A stretch of DNA of 52,403 bases, counting the filler, from Basidioascus undulatus (lineage: Eukaryota), in the NCBI GenBank assembly GCA_000826855.1. It is 3 parts of 3 records of this genome, joined end to end, with 100 filler letters (N's around TTAATTAATTAA, not from the genome) between each part and the next. Parts side by side here need not be neighbours in the genome. Positions count along the whole stretch, not along the records: positions 35,037 to 52,403 come from JTLS01000534.1; 2 more parts are not named here. One strand, 5' to 3'. Positions 49,801-52,403 of the stretch are shown piece by piece (position 1 is the stretch's first letter; every line of letters begins with the position of its first letter). The translations under genes and the position numbers were made by a program. The notes under the pieces are model-generated. The model was given only the letters and a program-made list of their open reading frames with translations, searched no databases and was not told where the DNA came from.

Positions 49801-50708
49801 TCGATGGAGGCCGCGAAGGAAGGCGTGTGGAGCGGGATAAACGAGTTGAGCGACTTGAGCGCGTGCGTCCGGATCCGCGCGGAAGGGTGCGTGAGCATCG
49901 TGATGAACTTGGGGATCATAAAGTCGAGCGGTCGGATCCCGGCAATCTCGGCGTCAAGCGAGCGCGGCATGTCCTCGCACACCTTGGAGAGGGTGCCAAA
50001 CGCGCCCTGCCCAGTTCCCAATCCCTCATGAGCCTCGCCCCCTTCGACCCTCTCAGCCCCCCTTCCCTTCCCCCTTGACGCACCTCCTGCTCGAGCTCGT
50101 TCGGCGAGTCAAGCGCCTGGACGAGCTTGCTGAGCGCCTGGGGCCAGTTGGCGGGCCCGCACTCCTGGAGGACGGTGACGACGACAGTGCCCGTCGTCTG
50201 GCGGACCATGGGCATCGGGTCCGAGATGCCGTCGACGAGGACCGTCTTGACGTACTCGGTCACGTCCGGCGGCAGCTGGCGCCAGAAGTACTTGACGTTG
50301 TTCTTGAGGATCAGCCCGGCGACGGAGCGCACGCGCTCTTCTTGCTCCGGCATGCGCACAAGGACGTGCGTGAGGTAGTTGTTATAGTCGGGGATCGAGT
50401 TGAAGGTGTCCAGGCGCTGTAGGACGGGGCGGGGTGTCAGCGGGCTGGTCTTGTGTGCGGTGCGGTTGCCTTCCTCCTTCCCCTTTCCAACGCCTTCCTT
50501 TCCCTGATTCCTCCACTCCGAGCTCTCCCTCAGCCCAGCACCATCATCCCACTCCCACGTTCCTGCCCTTCCCGCCTTCCCCTTCCCGCCATGGAGATCA
50601 ACAAACCTTTGTGACCGCGAGTTGGACCTCGGTGTTGTCCGAGAGCGAATCAGCGAGGAGCTGGAGGAGCTGCACGAGCCCGTCCGGCTGGGGAGTCCAG
50701 GACGCCAT
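46860..50708 (-). CDS. KAP104: Transportin-1 / importin beta-2 (Kap104), multi-exon, apparently complete
   Basis: [37 protein letters not shown] plus acidic loop, [62 protein letters not shown]. Ends RLRDRYNL*. Confidence 0.96.
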
Positions 50709-51267
50709 CTCGTATGCGGGGAGGGGGCGAGAGTGGCTCAAGTGAAGGGGGAAGACTGCTGTGATTGTGAGGAGGGAGGTTCAGTGTGTCGCTGGGGGTG
50801 GGTGGGGAGGGTATGCCGCCACGCACATGCAGAATGGAAAATAAAAAGAAACAGTCGGCCCCGGCGGTGACAGTGGTGGTGGATTGGGGGGGCGCAGTGG
50901 GTGCAGTGGGCGAAAGGGGGGCGAGGAGGGAAGGGGCACGCGGGGAAGCAGGGCGTTGCAGCTTGCAGCCTCGAGCGCGCACTTCTCGCGGGCCCAAGTC
51001 GACAGTTGAAGTTACGGTTTATAGTCCTCTGACTGTCGCTTTTTTCTGCCTTTTTTGCAGGCTGCTGTGCATAGTCAAATAAACAAAATGTACGCATTTT
51101 GTAAAACACTTGGGTTGAATAGACTGTCGACTTCGAGGCCTTATCCTGCTTGAGCTTCCCGGTCCTCCTGACAGTGTGTACGTTCGCCAATCCAGCGCTT
51201 CTGCTTTCTTTCTCCTCTCTCCCTCACCTCACATCCTCCCTCCCCACCCACCTCACACTGACCCATC

Positions 51268-52403
51268 ATGCCCACAATCCTGAATACCTCCCACCGCCAC
51301 TCAAACTCGATCGACTTCGGGGATTCCTCGGCGGACTTCGAGTTCTCCCTCCCCTCCTTCCGCGCCCAGTCGAATGCCATCAAACAGCAGTCGAACGACA
51401 TCTTCAACCGCTTGCATTCGATCGACGAGTTGCGTCTCGTCTTATAGCCTGAGGAGAGCGGGGCAAAGGGATGGGAAAGAAGCTGAGAAAGGGGGAAATA
51501 GGGACGCAAAGTTTGTGGAGGAGGTCGCTAGGGCTTTTCCGGACTTCCCGCTGGTCGGTGCGTGCTTTGCTTTGCATCGTTTTCATCTCGAATACGTCTC
51601 TCGTGTGTACTTACTTGTTCACGTCGACAGCGAATCAGCGCTGCGGACCCTGGTACACTCCCCCGTCCCTCGTCCGTCCCCCTTCCATCGCCCTATCTGC
51701 CGTCACCCTTCCTTATCTTCTTCCTCTCGCACTCATCCACCCCCCAGCCCAACTCCAGCCCCCAAACGCACGCCTATTTCAAGGTCCCTTTCTTCGTTAT
51801 CTGATGAGATTGAGAGAGAGAGAAAGCTGATGCGTTGTGCTGGGGGCAGAGCACCGACGGCCACACGCACGTATGGTCATTCTCGCTCCGAAGACCAAAT
51901 CTGCACCTTGTACCTTTGATCGTACAACATGGGGGGTGCGCGCCTTTCCTCTTCCCTTACACTCCCATCATCCCCTTTTTTCCCTCCTCTTTCGGTCGTT
52001 CCCGCCCCTGACCTCCCTCACAAATCCAGCATAGTCCTTACCGACTCAACCCGCCGCGGCAAGCGCTTCCCCGACGCGCTGTCCAAGACCGTCCCGCTCT
52101 GGTGTGCGACGCTGAACGCCGCGCTATACACACCCTGCTTTTGCTCTTCCTCCCCCGATGGCGGGCTCCATACGCCCGGCTCCGCCGTCAGCCCGAGCGA
52201 GCACTCTTCAATCTCTGCGCTCGTTCCGGGGTGGGCGGAGAGCTTGAAAGTGCGTTGCCCTGCCCCTTGCCTTCTCTTCCCTTCCCCTCTCCCTTCTCCT
52301 TCCTCCTGTTCTTCCTTCTTCCTCCTCGACTTCCCTCCCTGGATGCCCTTTCCAAGAGTAAAGAGAGCAGAGACTGATCCCAAGTCAACATTAGGCCTCC
52401 GCC
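51268..52403 (+). CDS. RIT1: RIT1 N-terminal exons, 3' partial
   Basis: IFNRLHSI..D..FV, ANQRCGPWY, AYFK|STDGH...WSFSLRRPNLHL, DSTRRGKRFPDALSKTVPLWCA, VSPSEH. Confidence 0.92.

Noticed and set aside
48978..50078. Long antisense ORFs opposite KAP104, MAK21, RPC37 and others
   Set aside because: These are shadow frames expected from very high GC3 codon bias, with no independent coding signal.
1..52403. CRISPR arrays, rRNA, snRNA, intact transposons or prokaryotic operons
   Set aside because: None were recognised. There is no repeat-spacer periodicity, no LTR or TIR pair and no intact transposase or RT motif.

Overview
This is eukaryotic, intron-rich, GC-rich fungal DNA. It looks basidiomycete-yeast-like (GTRMGT donors, CTRAC branch sites, C/T-rich introns); the taxonomy is inference. 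The window is three assembly contigs (1-17422, 17523-34936, 35037-52403) joined by artificial N44-TTAATTAATTAA-N44 spacers. Housekeeping genes recognisable by manual splicing and translation: FAP7/AK6, RPC37, eIF5A and KAP104/transportin (complete); MAK21/NOC1 (runs off the contig); RIT1 (split over two contigs); UTP10 and a Cid1-family nucleotidyltransferase (both truncated); and orphan exons of PAN3, a CNBP/Gis2-type zinc-knuckle protein and ATP14. Lower-GC spacers hold a hemerythrin-like gene, a SAM-methyltransferase-like gene and many decayed accessory genes (MFS transporter, F-box-like genes, a YvgO-like secreted protein). The most striking pattern is repeated splicing-together of unrelated genes at C/T-rich low-complexity tracts. 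This includes an all-phase-0 RIT1 / zinc-knuckle / ATP14 exon chimera. Mis-assembly is the most likely explanation, but real exon shuffling cannot be excluded without reads. All family calls come from recognising motifs by eye; no database search was run.
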